Shown here piece by piece: positions 7,645 through 16,653 of a stretch of 64,000 nt of DNA. The number at the start of each line of letters is the position of its first letter. Within the stretch, counting starts at the first letter, position 1. The DNA comes from a virus. Lineage: Duplodnaviria; Caudoviricetes. Under the pieces are notes generated by a model. The model ran no database searches and had not been told where the DNA came from. It saw only the letters and a list, made by a program, of their open reading frames with translations. The stretch lies in IMG/VR virus record IMGVR_UViG_3300042508_000526; one strand, 5' to 3'. Position numbers and translations under genes: made by a program.

Positions 7645-9129
7645 TCAGCTCTTCGACGGGGCCGCCACACGGCGGCGCGACGAGCTAGCGGGTGCCTGCT
7701 TTCCCACTCGCGTATAAATTCCGCGATTGTCGGCCGATAGGCACCGGCCCTCAGCCCAGTGCCGCAGGCTTTCAATCTGTTCGGCGGACGTTACCGCAAC
7801 TGGTACGACGTTCTGCGCCGCTTCGGTAAGCGGCACATCAAGCAGCGCTGCCAGCCTGCAGCACGACTTGATCTCGGCGCCGGTCCAGTTGGTGTCGTCC
7901 GGCTTTTCCTGCGACGGATCGACACCGAAATGGTTTAGATAGATATTCCAGATCGCAGCGCGCTGCTCGGGACCCGGTAGATCCACGAAGAACACGCCGT
8001 CGAAGCGCTCGGCACGAGCGAACGGCGCCGGAAGCTGACTGGCGTCGTTGCAGGTACCGATAAAGAAAACATCGCTGGTGTGGTCATTGAGCCATGTAAG
8101 CAGCGTACCAAACAGCCGCGCCGAAACGCCGCTATCCGTCTGCCCAGAACTCTGCACGCCAGACAGGCCCTTCTCGATCTCGTCGACAAAGAGCACGCAT
8201 GGCGCCATGGCGTCGACCTGCTTTAGCGCGCGACGCATGTTACCCTCGGACTCGCCGACAAACTTGCCCATCAGGCTGCCGAAGTCGAGCATGACTGTCG
8301 GCCGACCAACTTCGTTACCCAGCGCCTTGGCAAACTGCGACTTTCCGCAGCCCGGCGGCGACAGCAGCAGCACACCCTTGGGGCGCTTGTCTACGTTCGT
8401 CTCGCCCTGTCGCCGCATTGCGCGGAGACAGAATGACTTCAGGTTTTCGAGGCCGCCAAGATTCTCAAAGTTGGCATCACCCCGATACAGCGTCATAGTC
8501 CCGCTCTTTTCGAGCGTCTGCGATTTGATATTCCAGATCGTGTCTGGAATCAGCTTGTTATTGTGAACAAGCGAGAGTGCGTATGCGTTCTCGGCCTCAA
8601 GCCGCGTAAGACCGCGAGAAGCGTCAACTACAACCGCGATCTCCGCGTCCGTCGGCTTGGCAAACGCAGAATCAGCCGTGAATAAGTTGTTGCAGACCTT
8701 GGTGAGCTGTTCCTGATCGGGCAGCTCGTGATGCACAACCGTAAACAGCTTCTCAACCTCGGGCTGCAGTTGGAGCACCGGCGCCACGATCACGATGTGC
8801 TGACCGTCGCCCTTGCCCTTGACTACCCGATTGGCCAACGCCTGCAGCACCTCGGGGTTGCCGAGAAACCGATGAAAGTTCTTCAAGACCAGAATCGACG
8901 TCGGCTTCGTCTGCGGCTGGTCTAAGAACTGAAGCGCCTGCATCGGACCCGGCGCGGCAAATGAGCCGGAGTAAAGCTTGCGGTCGATATCCCAGATATC
9001 AAAACCCCAATCCTTGTCTTCAGCCGCCTGCCGGATCGTATCGACAGCATCGTCGCATTCGTGCGATTCAACCCAGATGCCGGAGAAGCCGGCGCAAACA
9101 AGTTCCTTGATTTCTTTTTCGAGCGACAC
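7645..9129 (-). CDS. Ycf46-like AAA+ ATPase
   Basis: Walker A SPPGCGKS, Walker B LFVDEIEK, sensor GTCND, Arg finger RAERFD; degenerate N-terminal AAA domain. Confidence 0.9.
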   Translation of the reverse strand: MSLEKEIKELVCAGFSGIWVESHECDDAVDTIRQAAEDKDWGFDIWDIDRKLYSGSFAAPGPMQALQFLDQPQTKPTSILVLKNFHRFLGNPEVLQALANRVVKGKGDGQHIVIVAPVLQLQPEVEKLFTVVHHELPDQEQLTKVCNNLFTADSAFAKPTDAEIAVVVDASRGLTRLEAENAYALSLVHNNKLIPDTIWNIKSQTLEKSGTMTLYRGDANFENLGGLENLKSFCLRAMRRQGETNVDKRPKGVLLLSPPGCGKSQFAKALGNEVGRPTVMLDFGSLMGKFVGESEGNMRRALKQVDAMAPCVLFVDEIEKGLSGVQSSGQTDSGVSARLFGTLLTWLNDHTSDVFFIGTCNDASQLPAPFARAERFDGVFFVDLPGPEQRAAIWNIYLNHFGVDPSQEKPDDTNWTGAEIKSCCRLAALLDVPLTEAAQNVVPVAVTSAEQIESLRHWAEGRCLSADNRGIYTRVGKQAPASSSRRRVAAPSKS

Positions 9130-9162
9130 GGTTTACCTTTGTTGTGTGAGGTCTGGTTAAAG

Positions 9163-9354
9163 TTAGTTCTGCTCGGTGATCTGCTGATCGTTGCTGGCCT
9201 GATAAAACTCGCCGGTCAGCTGCTCATCAATCGTGGCGCCCAGCGCCTTTTCAAGCTCGCGCGTAGCGTCCTGACACGAGCTGCCGGTGAAGCCGCTCGT
9301 AGAGATCTTCGTCTCGCCCTTGGGGGTGATGGTGATTTCAATAGTCTTGGTCAT
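9163..9354 (-). CDS. DUF2997 family protein
   Basis: IEITITPKGETKISTSGFTGSSCQDATRELEKALG. Confidence 0.85.
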   Translation of the reverse strand: MTKTIEITITPKGETKISTSGFTGSSCQDATRELEKALGATIDEQLTGEFYQASNDQQITEQN

Positions 9355-9356
9355 AT

Positions 9357-9719
9357 TCAGAATCCTCCCGTAAGGTTGAGCTTGATCGAACCGTCCGACA
9401 GCATTTCCTCGTACACCGAGTAGCCGCCCTTCTGCGCCTCATAAATCGCCTTCTCTACGGCGTAAGCCTGCAGGAACTTATCAAGCTCCTCCTGCTTACC
9501 CCACGAGCCGTTGTAGTTATCAAAATCAACGGCGCCCGTCTCCAGATTGCACACGACGGGATACTGCCAGCCGGGCAGAGTTACGCCCAGCCCTTCGCGC
9601 TCCACGGCGAATACCCGGAACTTGCCGCTCACCGGGTCCTTGAGTCCTAGCCGGCGGCAGGCGGCCTGCACAGCAGCCGCGTCCTTGACTTCAGTCTTAA
9701 TCTGTACGATGTGAGACAT
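9357..9719 (-). CDS. DUF1257 (Ycf35-like) family protein
   Basis: MSHIVQIKTEVKD...DNYNGSWG...QAYAVEKAIYEAQKGGY; start moved to ATG 9719 (GAGG RBS). Confidence 0.85.
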   Translation of the reverse strand: MSHIVQIKTEVKDAAAVQAACRRLGLKDPVSGKFRVFAVEREGLGVTLPGWQYPVVCNLETGAVDFDNYNGSWGKQEELDKFLQAYAVEKAIYEAQKGGYSVYEEMLSDGSIKLNLTGGF

Positions 9720-9720
9720 C

Positions 9721-10032
9721 TTATCCTCGTTTGGTTTGCTTGTAGTCCTGTAGCGCACACACGATGGTGTTTTCAAATAGTTCGGGCGATATGTAATCTG
9801 TGCCCGCAAAATACTCTAGCACCGCAACTGCGGTTGCTCTGTCATACGCTTTTTGGAATTGCCTCGGCCCTTTGCTCGTATCTAGTCGGTAGTTTGTAAT
9901 GTCATGCAGCGTTACTACTTCTGGTATCGCTATGACATCCTTATACCGCTCACGGATTGCGTTTAACTCGTCAAGGGCGGCCATAATGCGCTCGCGATCG
10001 GCAATCTCATTTTGCACTGTATACGGTGTCAT
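9721..10032 (-). CDS. Hypothetical protein
   Basis: 103 aa, ATGA-type overlap with the upstream gene. Confidence 0.6.
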   Translation of the reverse strand: MTPYTVQNEIADRERIMAALDELNAIRERYKDVIAIPEVVTLHDITNYRLDTSKGPRQFQKAYDRATAVAVLEYFAGTDYISPELFENTIVCALQDYKQTKRG

Positions 10033-10328
10033 CGGTTATCGATTTCGATTGTTGCAGTCGTTTCAACCCAGACGTGCGCGCCGCAACTCAACGGTTTGTC
10101 TGGCGAATAAATAGCTTTTGATTCGCCCAGAATCTTGAGTGTTTTGGCAGTGTAGGATTTGTTTTTCCACTGCACCGTGATGACCGAATCTGTGGCGCCA
10201 TTTTTTTTGTTGGCGCGAATAATGTGTTGATTGACGTGAACTCGTTTGATCGTGCCCGCGGGCATGACGAGTACGCCGTCTATAGACTGCTGCCTTGCCG
10301 GCAGCGGGCATACGCCGCACGCTGTCAC
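10029..10328 (-). CDS. Conserved phage hypothetical protein
   Basis: HVNQHIIRANKK...VITV...KPLSCGAHVWVET motif; AAGGAG RBS before GTG. Confidence 0.7.
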   Translation of the reverse strand: MTACGVCPLPARQQSIDGVLVMPAGTIKRVHVNQHIIRANKKNGATDSVITVQWKNKSYTAKTLKILGESKAIYSPDKPLSCGAHVWVETTATIEIDNR

Positions 10329-10370
10329 GCTGTGGCTCCTTGGAACGCATCCGCCAGAGTAGCGGACGCA

Positions 10371-10431
10371 GAGAAAAGATCTAGCCCGCCGCGAAGACGG
10401 TCGTCCGTGACCGTCGCCGCGCGCGGGTAGA
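10371..10431 (-). terminator. Long hairpin plus U-tract downstream of the nucleoid-like gene
   Basis: TCTA-CCCGC...GCGGG-C-TAGA followed by TCTTTTCTC. Confidence 0.5.
10396..10415 (-). promoter_or_regulatory. Candidate CsrA-binding hairpin
   Basis: GACGGUC-ACGGAC-GACCGUC; exact match to (A/U)CANGGANG(U/A) with an ANGGAN hexaloop. Confidence 0.55.
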
Positions 10432-10442
10432 CTACTTCAGGC

Positions 10443-11282
10443 TCAGCGGCCCCACATCTGGCCCAGCTGCTGGTGCGTCTTGAGGATGCTGGCGGCCGTG
10501 TCGTAGCAGCCGTCGCAAGCCTCCAGAAACGTCGCAGCGGCCTTGAGCTGCGTCATCGGCATTGCGGCCGACCCGGTCGCAGCGGTGACCGGCTTCTTCG
10601 GCGCAGCGCGAGGCGCCGTCACCGGCGCAACCGCGGTCTTGCCGCGAGCAGCAATCCGGCTCTTTTCCTCTTCCGGCGCCTTTACGGCACGACCGGCTTT
10701 CGCCGGCTTCACACCGGACTTCTTCAAAAGCTGGCTTACCTGCGCCGGGCTAACCGTAACACGCTTCTTTGCCAGCGCCGCGACGATATCAACGCCGCGC
10801 AGCGAATCGCCGGCTTCCTGACGACGCTCAATCTCCTCACGGATGTGATCAGCACCACTCTTCTTGGCAGCCATATTCTCTGCTCCCTTACGTTTTGTGC
10901 CGCGGACAGGCGACACGGACTCATCGGTTTCCACATCATCTTCGGCAACAACGGCGTCGCCGACTTCTTCTTCGTCGCCCTCTTCAGGCGCGTACTCAGT
11001 CTCAGACTCTTCTTCATCGTCGGTTAGCTCATCCGCAGTTTCGCGGATATCTTCGCCGCTTTCGTCTTCGTACTCAGCCGCCTCGGCATACGCGTCTTCG
11101 TCGTTCGCCTCAAGCTCGGCCTCGACGTCGACAGTTTCTTCCTCAACGTCTTCGTCTTCGTAACTCTCGCGCATCCCTGTCTCCGGTTTCTTTTCCTTGG
11201 TTGCCGCAGGCTTGGCGGGCTTTCCGGGTAACGGACGCCCCCACAAGTTTGCGGGGCTGATAAATTCATCAGCTTTAGCCAT
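10443..11282 (-). CDS. Bipartite acidic/basic putative DNA-binding (nucleoid-like) protein
   Basis: E/D-rich N-half; KSGADHIREEI...VDIVAALAKKRVTVSPAQVSQLL helical core; K/A/P-rich tail; start moved to ATG 11282 (GGAG RBS). Confidence 0.6.
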   Translation of the reverse strand: MAKADEFISPANLWGRPLPGKPAKPAATKEKKPETGMRESYEDEDVEEETVDVEAELEANDEDAYAEAAEYEDESGEDIRETADELTDDEEESETEYAPEEGDEEEVGDAVVAEDDVETDESVSPVRGTKRKGAENMAAKKSGADHIREEIERRQEAGDSLRGVDIVAALAKKRVTVSPAQVSQLLKKSGVKPAKAGRAVKAPEEEKSRIAARGKTAVAPVTAPRAAPKKPVTAATGSAAMPMTQLKAAATFLEACDGCYDTAASILKTHQQLGQMWGR

Positions 11283-11341
11283 AATTATCTCCCCTGTTGC
11301 GCCGCTGCTGAAACCGTTCAGCATTTTGCGCGGCTAAATGA

Positions 11342-11369
11342 ACAATACAGCTTTGGGCACAAAAGGCAA
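11342..11369 (-). promoter_or_regulatory. Putative sigma70-type promoter
   Basis: TTGCCT-N16-TATTGT upstream of the nucleoid-like gene. Confidence 0.35.
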
Positions 11370-11387
11370 TCCCCGCTAAACCGCGGG

Positions 11388-11750
11388 TTATTTGCCTGTT
11401 TTGTAGGCCGGCGGTACGTCGCAATTTTTTTCGCGCAACGTACCGGCGTTTAGGTGCGGCCATTTCTCAAGCGAGTGGATAGCGCCTATCAGATTCCACG
11501 TCGCATGCCCGAGATGATCTTCCGACCGATCGCCACCCAAGAAATTAAAGATATGCGCTATGGCGTGGTTGAGCAGATCCGCGACTGGCATTCCGTTTTC
11601 CCAGTTGTGCGAACCAAATTTCACGGCGCCTTCGTGATACGTCCTAGCGAGCGCACGCAAGCCGATTGGCGATATCAAATCGTATCGGACTTGATCGCAG
11701 TCATCGCTACGGACAGCGCCGGTGTCATATTCATGTCGTCCCTCTGACAT
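11388..11750 (-). CDS. dATP/dGTP diphosphohydrolase domain protein (DUF5664)
   Basis: GAVR...RYDLISP..L..LA..Y..GA.K.G..NWENG...HAIAH...EDHLGHA.WN. Confidence 0.85.
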   Translation of the reverse strand: MSEGRHEYDTGAVRSDDCDQVRYDLISPIGLRALARTYHEGAVKFGSHNWENGMPVADLLNHAIAHIFNFLGGDRSEDHLGHATWNLIGAIHSLEKWPHLNAGTLREKNCDVPPAYKTGK

Positions 11751-12051
11751 GTTCAACCTTTATCGGTTTGAATGAGAAATAAAAACGCGGATCTTTATTG
11801 AACGCCACAGTTCCCGCAACGCCGTCAGCCTTCCGAATTACGTGCACATACGGCGGATCGAAATGCGAGACCTCAAACTCTTCAAGAAGCTGCTCTGCGT
11901 TCCACAGCTGTTCGCCATAATTCTGTTCAAGAATTTGTCGCAGCTCGTTTATGTCGCGGTTTTTGAACTGGTCGTGAAGGACGTTTATGAGCGTCTGCCG
12001 CGCTGCGTCGAGTTGTATTTGTGTGCCTAGGTCATTCGCTTTGTGCTGCAT
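11731..12051 (-). CDS. Conserved hypothetical protein
   Basis: WNAEQLLEEFEV..F.PPYVHVIRKADGVAGTV.F...PRFYFSF; start uncertain (12051 or 12078). Confidence 0.65.
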   Translation of the reverse strand: MQHKANDLGTQIQLDAARQTLINVLHDQFKNRDINELRQILEQNYGEQLWNAEQLLEEFEVSHFDPPYVHVIRKADGVAGTVAFNKDPRFYFSFKPIKVEHVRGTT

Positions 12052-12436
12052 TTGTGGTTGTTTGATTGGTTTCTGCAAGTCGGTTTAACTCGTCCGTTTG
12101 CAGTTTGATCTGTTCAGCCAAGTTTGCCGCGTACTGGTCAAACATTTTGAGCTGATTGATTAAGTCACGATGTACGTCTACGCCAAAACTAGCAAGTTTT
12201 CCAAGCAGTGTCAGCAGACTGGCGAGATACGGCGGCTGCGAGTTGCGCAGACGCAGCAGACCTGCTGGCATTTTTTCTGGTTGATTTGTCCATAGCGGGA
12301 CGATTGCAACGCCGCTCAATTCCGGCAGCGACGCCAGAATAGACGCGCAAAAATCTTCGCTGCGTTTGAAAAACTCCGCGTCGTACGGTAAGCGTTCTGC
12401 TTCGATTGCCGGCTGCGCTTGCTGAGCGGAATCCAT
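12032..12436 (-). CDS. Hypothetical protein with C-terminal coiled coil
   Basis: GAGGA RBS before ATG 12436. Confidence 0.65.
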   Translation of the reverse strand: MDSAQQAQPAIEAERLPYDAEFFKRSEDFCASILASLPELSGVAIVPLWTNQPEKMPAGLLRLRNSQPPYLASLLTLLGKLASFGVDVHRDLINQLKMFDQYAANLAEQIKLQTDELNRLAETNQTTTNAAQSE

Positions 12437-12451
12437 TTGCTTCCTCAAAAA

Positions 12452-12796
12452 TTACTGATCGTATCTAGAACCGGGCGGTAACACGCCGTTAATTACATTT
12501 CCTAGTCGCGTAGCCGCGAGGCTGTAGACGACTAAGCGTATTGCAGCGCTCACAATACCACCAAACCAGTCTCCTGCCAATAGGCTTAAAAACAGGTAAA
12601 AAGGCACATGGTATGATTTGCAAAACGGGCAATTGATCAGTTCGAGCAACCGACCTTTTGCTGTTTCTTGCGGGGTAATATCTTGCCACGCCTGCGCGTA
12701 AGCGCGGGCGGTTTCAAAGATAGAACCTTTGTGCCACACTTCAATAATGGCGCCGGCTGCAAGTGCTACGGCTACAAAATCAAACGGGGAAATCAT
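12452..12796 (-). CDS. DUF1360-like membrane protein
   Basis: Hydrophobic helices and ELINCPFCKSYH motif; ATGA-coupled start. Confidence 0.55.
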   Translation of the reverse strand: MISPFDFVAVALAAGAIIEVWHKGSIFETARAYAQAWQDITPQETAKGRLLELINCPFCKSYHVPFYLFLSLLAGDWFGGIVSAAIRLVVYSLAATRLGNVINGVLPPGSRYDQ

Positions 12797-12978
12797 GAGC
12801 GTCGTTTTCGTTTTACCGGGGCGGAGGTATAACCGCTCATGAAACATGAGCCGCCATAGATGGCAGCGCCTGCCGCCAACAATCCCGCAAGACCGATTTG
12901 TGGAATGGCAATGATACCGCCAATTAAGAGCAATGCTGCGTAACCGGCGAACGTTGTATCCGGATCAGGCTGGGCCAT
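12793..12978 (-). CDS. Small membrane protein
   Basis: Two hydrophobic segments and a basic C-terminus. Confidence 0.6.
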   Translation of the reverse strand: MAQPDPDTTFAGYAALLLIGGIIAIPQIGLAGLLAAGAAIYGGSCFMSGYTSAPVKRKRRS

Positions 12979-12981
12979 ACG

Positions 12982-13206
12982 TTATGTTATGTACTTGTCG
13001 CCGTGCGGCCACACCTGTGTAAGTGCGCCGTCCGGCGCTTGTGGGTTTATTTGAAATTTGGGTAGCGGCAAAGGCGCCTCAAGTTTAAGATGATTTACGG
13101 CGTTGTCAGGGAGGTAAATCTGCGGCCCCGGGCCGCGACGCGTACCTTCCGTGTAAATCTGTTTGCGTTCTTGGTAAAGCTTTGCAGATCGACCGATAGT
13201 AGCCAT
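12982..13206 (-). CDS. Hypothetical protein
   Basis: TAGGAG RBS before ATG 13206 (MATIGRSAK...). Confidence 0.55.
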   Translation of the reverse strand: MATIGRSAKLYQERKQIYTEGTRRGPGPQIYLPDNAVNHLKLEAPLPLPKFQINPQAPDGALTQVWPHGDKYIT

Positions 13207-13419
13207 AAATACTCCTATGTAAGCAACAGAGTCACCGTTTAGTATACTCTGCCGCCAACAACAGATCTCTACTTGCGAGTGGTTTCTTTTGCGGCGTCCC
13301 GGGCAATATCGTATGCGGTAACGACCGCCTGCGATAATCCCACGAGACCGGCGAGAAAAACGTATCCTGTAAATTTCAGGGCCTCCTCGACCCATTGAAA
13401 CTCAAACTCGCCACCCGAA

Positions 13420-15348
13420 TTGTTGCTGTGGTTCATGGTTAAACCTAATGATGCAAATAGCGCAATTGAAATACCCTCAGCGGGTGTTCAATCGCTTATA
13501 CAAGAATTAATCAGTATTGACCCGACCGACGCGGCATCAGTGCATGCACGCGGGGCGGTGCTGCAGCAGCTGGCAAAGTTAAATGCTTTTCCAACGCTGG
13601 AGCCTATTCTTCCGCTTGTGCTGAACTTAAACGGAAAGCCGTATAGTATTCAGCACCATTTTCCGTTCGCCCCGTTATTTCGTTTACTCACGCCAAAAAG
13701 TCAAGTGTGGTGTACGGGACGACAGGTATCAAAATCGACCAGTCTAGCTGCGCACGGAGTTGTTGTTGCCAACTCTATTCCGTTTTTTAAGACGTTGTTT
13801 ATTACACCGCTGTACGAACAAATACGGCGATTTTCGAACAACTACGTCCGCCCATTTATTGATCAGTCGCCAATCAAAGCGCAGTGGAGCGGCACAACGA
13901 CAGAGAACTCTGTGCTGCAGCGCTCGTTTAAGAACAACTCGATGATGTTGTTCAGTTTTGCGCTCTTAGACGCCGACCGTGTTCGTGGTGTCTCTGCCGA
14001 TCGTGTGTGTATTGACGAAGTGCAAGATATGGACCCTGATCTTATACCGATCATTCAGGAGACCATGTCGTATTCACGATGGGCGACGAGTTACTATACA
14101 GGAACTCCGAAGACCCTCGACAATTTAATTTACGGGCTATACAAACGATCGTCACAGGCCGAATGGTTTATACCGTGTCAGTCGTGCAAGCACTGGAATA
14201 TACCGGCGCTTGAACATGACCTCGATAAGATGATCGGCCCATACAACCCTCATATCAGCGAGAAGTATCCGGGCACCGTTTGCGCGAAGTGTCAAAAGCC
14301 TATAAGCCCTCGACACGGTCGCTGGGTGCACAGATATCCCGAACGCCGCTGGCAGTTTGCCGGGTATCACGTACCGCAGATGATTCTGCCACTTCATTTC
14401 GCCGACGCAGAAAAGTGGTCTACTTTGTTGTTGAAGAGAGAAGGCTTTGGGAACATGACCCAAGCGCAGTTCTACAACGAGGTTATGGGCGAAAGTGTGG
14501 ATACCGGTCAGAAGCTCATCAGTGAAACTGATTTGAAGGCTGCGTGCGTGCTAGACTGGGAAAACAAGAAAGATCCAGACCCCAAATGCTTTGCAAATCT
14601 GTCGCAATACAAACACCGCATACTTGCGATCGACTGGGGCGGCGGCGGAGAAGCAGGTATTAGTTTCACCGTGCTTGCTGTGCTGGGATTCCGGCCCGAC
14701 GGGACAATCGACACGCTTTGGGCAAAGCGCCTGCTTATCGGCGGCGATCATTTGGCCGAAGCGATTGAGTGTATGCGCTGGTCTAACTTGTTTAATTGCG
14801 ATTTTGTCGCGCATGATTACACCGGAGCTGGCACGGTCCGTGAAACGGTCATGGTGCAAGCTGGGTTTAACCTTGATCGCGTTCTTGCAGTGCGGCTTGT
14901 TCGCTCCGCAGCGCAAGACCTGATGATATTTAAACCACCGACGGAAATTAATCATCGAGCGCATTACAGTTTGGACAAGACGCGCTCACTGCTTTACACC
15001 TGCCAAGCGATTAAACTAAAACAGGTCCGGTTTTTCCAGTACGATTGGTCGTCGCAGGATTCTCCCGGGCTTGTGTCTGATTTTTTGGCGCTGGTAGAAA
15101 ACAAAGCTGAGTCGCGGCTTGGTGGTGATATTTACACCATTACTCGCAACACGCTACTTACCGACGACTTTGCGCAGGCTGTGAACATTGGTTGCGCAGC
15201 CGTGTGGCACGTCAACAACGCGTGGCCAAACTTTGCAGAAATCGCCGGTATCGCCAAGTTCAATGCGCAACCAGCTCGCGCTGCATTGCCTCCAGACGAT
15301 GACTGGGCAGACGACGCGATTGGCAGCTCTTACTTTGGCGGCTACTAA
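13420..15348 (+). CDS. terL: Terminase large subunit (GpA-like family)
   Basis: GRQVSKST Walker A-like, VCIDEVQD Walker B, TGTPK motif III, CQSC/CAKC Zn motifs, nuclease LAIDWG and DDFAQA; start may be 13435. Confidence 0.85.
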   Translation: MLLWFMVKPNDANSAIEIPSAGVQSLIQELISIDPTDAASVHARGAVLQQLAKLNAFPTLEPILPLVLNLNGKPYSIQHHFPFAPLFRLLTPKSQVWCTGRQVSKSTSLAAHGVVVANSIPFFKTLFITPLYEQIRRFSNNYVRPFIDQSPIKAQWSGTTTENSVLQRSFKNNSMMLFSFALLDADRVRGVSADRVCIDEVQDMDPDLIPIIQETMSYSRWATSYYTGTPKTLDNLIYGLYKRSSQAEWFIPCQSCKHWNIPALEHDLDKMIGPYNPHISEKYPGTVCAKCQKPISPRHGRWVHRYPERRWQFAGYHVPQMILPLHFADAEKWSTLLLKREGFGNMTQAQFYNEVMGESVDTGQKLISETDLKAACVLDWENKKDPDPKCFANLSQYKHRILAIDWGGGGEAGISFTVLAVLGFRPDGTIDTLWAKRLLIGGDHLAEAIECMRWSNLFNCDFVAHDYTGAGTVRETVMVQAGFNLDRVLAVRLVRSAAQDLMIFKPPTEINHRAHYSLDKTRSLLYTCQAIKLKQVRFFQYDWSSQDSPGLVSDFLALVENKAESRLGGDIYTITRNTLLTDDFAQAVNIGCAAVWHVNNAWPNFAEIAGIAKFNAQPARAALPPDDDWADDAIGSSYFGGY

Positions 15349-15566
15349 TCGTTGGCGGCGAGGCGCTCAACGTAATCGGGCGGGCAGAGGCATGTTATTT
15401 TTTTGCCGCTGTCCAGCTCGATGTGAATTTCTGTTTGGATATCTTGTCCCCAGCGCAAGTCTTGCGCGCTGGTGATAGTGCCGGTCTCGCCGACAAAAAC
15501 GGAGTTTGGTTTGCTGGCGGCAAACACCAGCTGTACGCGGTCTCCGTTTTTACCCTGAAAAGCCAC
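15345..15566 (-). CDS. Hypothetical small beta-rich protein
   Basis: 73 aa, coupled to the upstream gene, convergent overlap with terL. Confidence 0.55.
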   Translation of the reverse strand: MAFQGKNGDRVQLVFAASKPNSVFVGETGTITSAQDLRWGQDIQTEIHIELDSGKKITCLCPPDYVERLAAND

Positions 15567-16030
15567 TAGTTGTTCTCGGCTGTTGGCGGCGTGGTGCCGG
15601 CGATGTAAGCCAAACCCTTTTCGGTCACAGAGAAGTCAAACGAACCCTTTTCAAAGTCGTACTCTGAGTCTAGCAACCCACCCTGTACGCCAAGCTGCAT
15701 AATGTTGGACACAATACGCGTGGCCAGCGCGCGAAACAGGTTGCCCATTTTTTCCTGATACTCGGCCAACGAATTAGCGCCGATGCCGTAGAGTCCGTCT
15801 TCTTTGACGTCGCTAAGTTCCTTGAGGATGCCTTCGACTTCCCAGACTTCAAGAAACTGTTTGTGGTGCTCTACAATTTGCTCGGCATCGGGATCGTCCA
15901 TTACGCGGGATAGAAACGCGCCGAAGAGGCGCAGCACTTCATCACGCAATCCCTCGACAGAATTCATAATGTGGTGCTGGCAATCAGGTCGTTCGTCGTT
16001 TTCTTCTTCGTTGAACTCTTCGTCAAACAT
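15566..16030 (-). CDS. Hypothetical acidic protein
   Basis: AGGAG RBS, 154 aa. Confidence 0.7.
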   Translation of the reverse strand: MFDEEFNEEENDERPDCQHHIMNSVEGLRDEVLRLFGAFLSRVMDDPDAEQIVEHHKQFLEVWEVEGILKELSDVKEDGLYGIGANSLAEYQEKMGNLFRALATRIVSNIMQLGVQGGLLDSEYDFEKGSFDFSVTEKGLAYIAGTTPPTAENN

Positions 16031-16039
16031 CAGTCGCTC

Positions 16040-16351
16040 CTAGATTGACTCCTGTAATCGGGCGCCGGCCAGTGCGGCGTCATACGCACCGCGGGCCATG
16101 ATACGATTGTACGCAGCCTCGCGCAGCTGGCCGAGATAGTCGGCGTACTGCTGGTCGCTGTGGACCATGGCCTCGGCGCTCGAAAAGCTGTGCGGCTTTC
16201 CGGTCAGCGGGTTGTCTCCGGAATTCATGATTCTGGTAATCGCGGCAAGCTTAACGCTGTGCCGATTATCCTCCAGCGTCATCTCCGTCTTGACTGCATC
16301 CGCGAGCTGCTGGGTGGCCGACAGAATCAGCGTTGAGAAATTTTCTGCCAT
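16040..16351 (-). CDS. Hypothetical protein
   Basis: 103 aa helical; NPLTGKPHSFSSAE motif. Confidence 0.7.
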   Translation of the reverse strand: MAENFSTLILSATQQLADAVKTEMTLEDNRHSVKLAAITRIMNSGDNPLTGKPHSFSSAEAMVHSDQQYADYLGQLREAAYNRIMARGAYDAALAGARLQESI

Positions 16352-16379
16352 TGTGTTCTCGGTTTTCTATGGTTGGAAA

Positions 16380-16649
16380 TTAACTGTTTGCGTCATTGTC
16401 GTGTTCCCACGCCTGACGCTCTTGTTTGGTTGGTTGCCTTTTTGGATATTTTTCCGGGTGGCAGACCTGACATCGCGCACGGGTGCATCCGCCGCAGCGT
16501 AACCCTTTTCGGTAGTGGCCATCTTCAATAACGTGAGCGGGTCGTCCGTTTTGCAGGCTTTGCTGCCACGTTTCCATACCGGCGTTGATTTGCTTTCGCT
16601 GTTTGATGCGCCGCGCAATGATGTGTTTTTCTTCGTGGTAACGTTTCAT
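16380..16649 (-). CDS. Basic protein with putative Zn finger
   Basis: CGGC-x4-CQVCH motif. Confidence 0.6.
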   Translation of the reverse strand: MKRYHEEKHIIARRIKQRKQINAGMETWQQSLQNGRPAHVIEDGHYRKGLRCGGCTRARCQVCHPEKYPKRQPTKQERQAWEHDNDANS

Positions 16650-16653
16650 GGTT

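Noticed and set aside
13207-13395. N-terminal extension of ORF 12982..13395
   Set aside because: Arg-rich, non-protein-like sequence; a good RBS precedes ATG 13206
13420-15348. Intein or intron in the terminase
   Set aside because: Length and motif spacing are normal; no splicing or homing-endonuclease motifs
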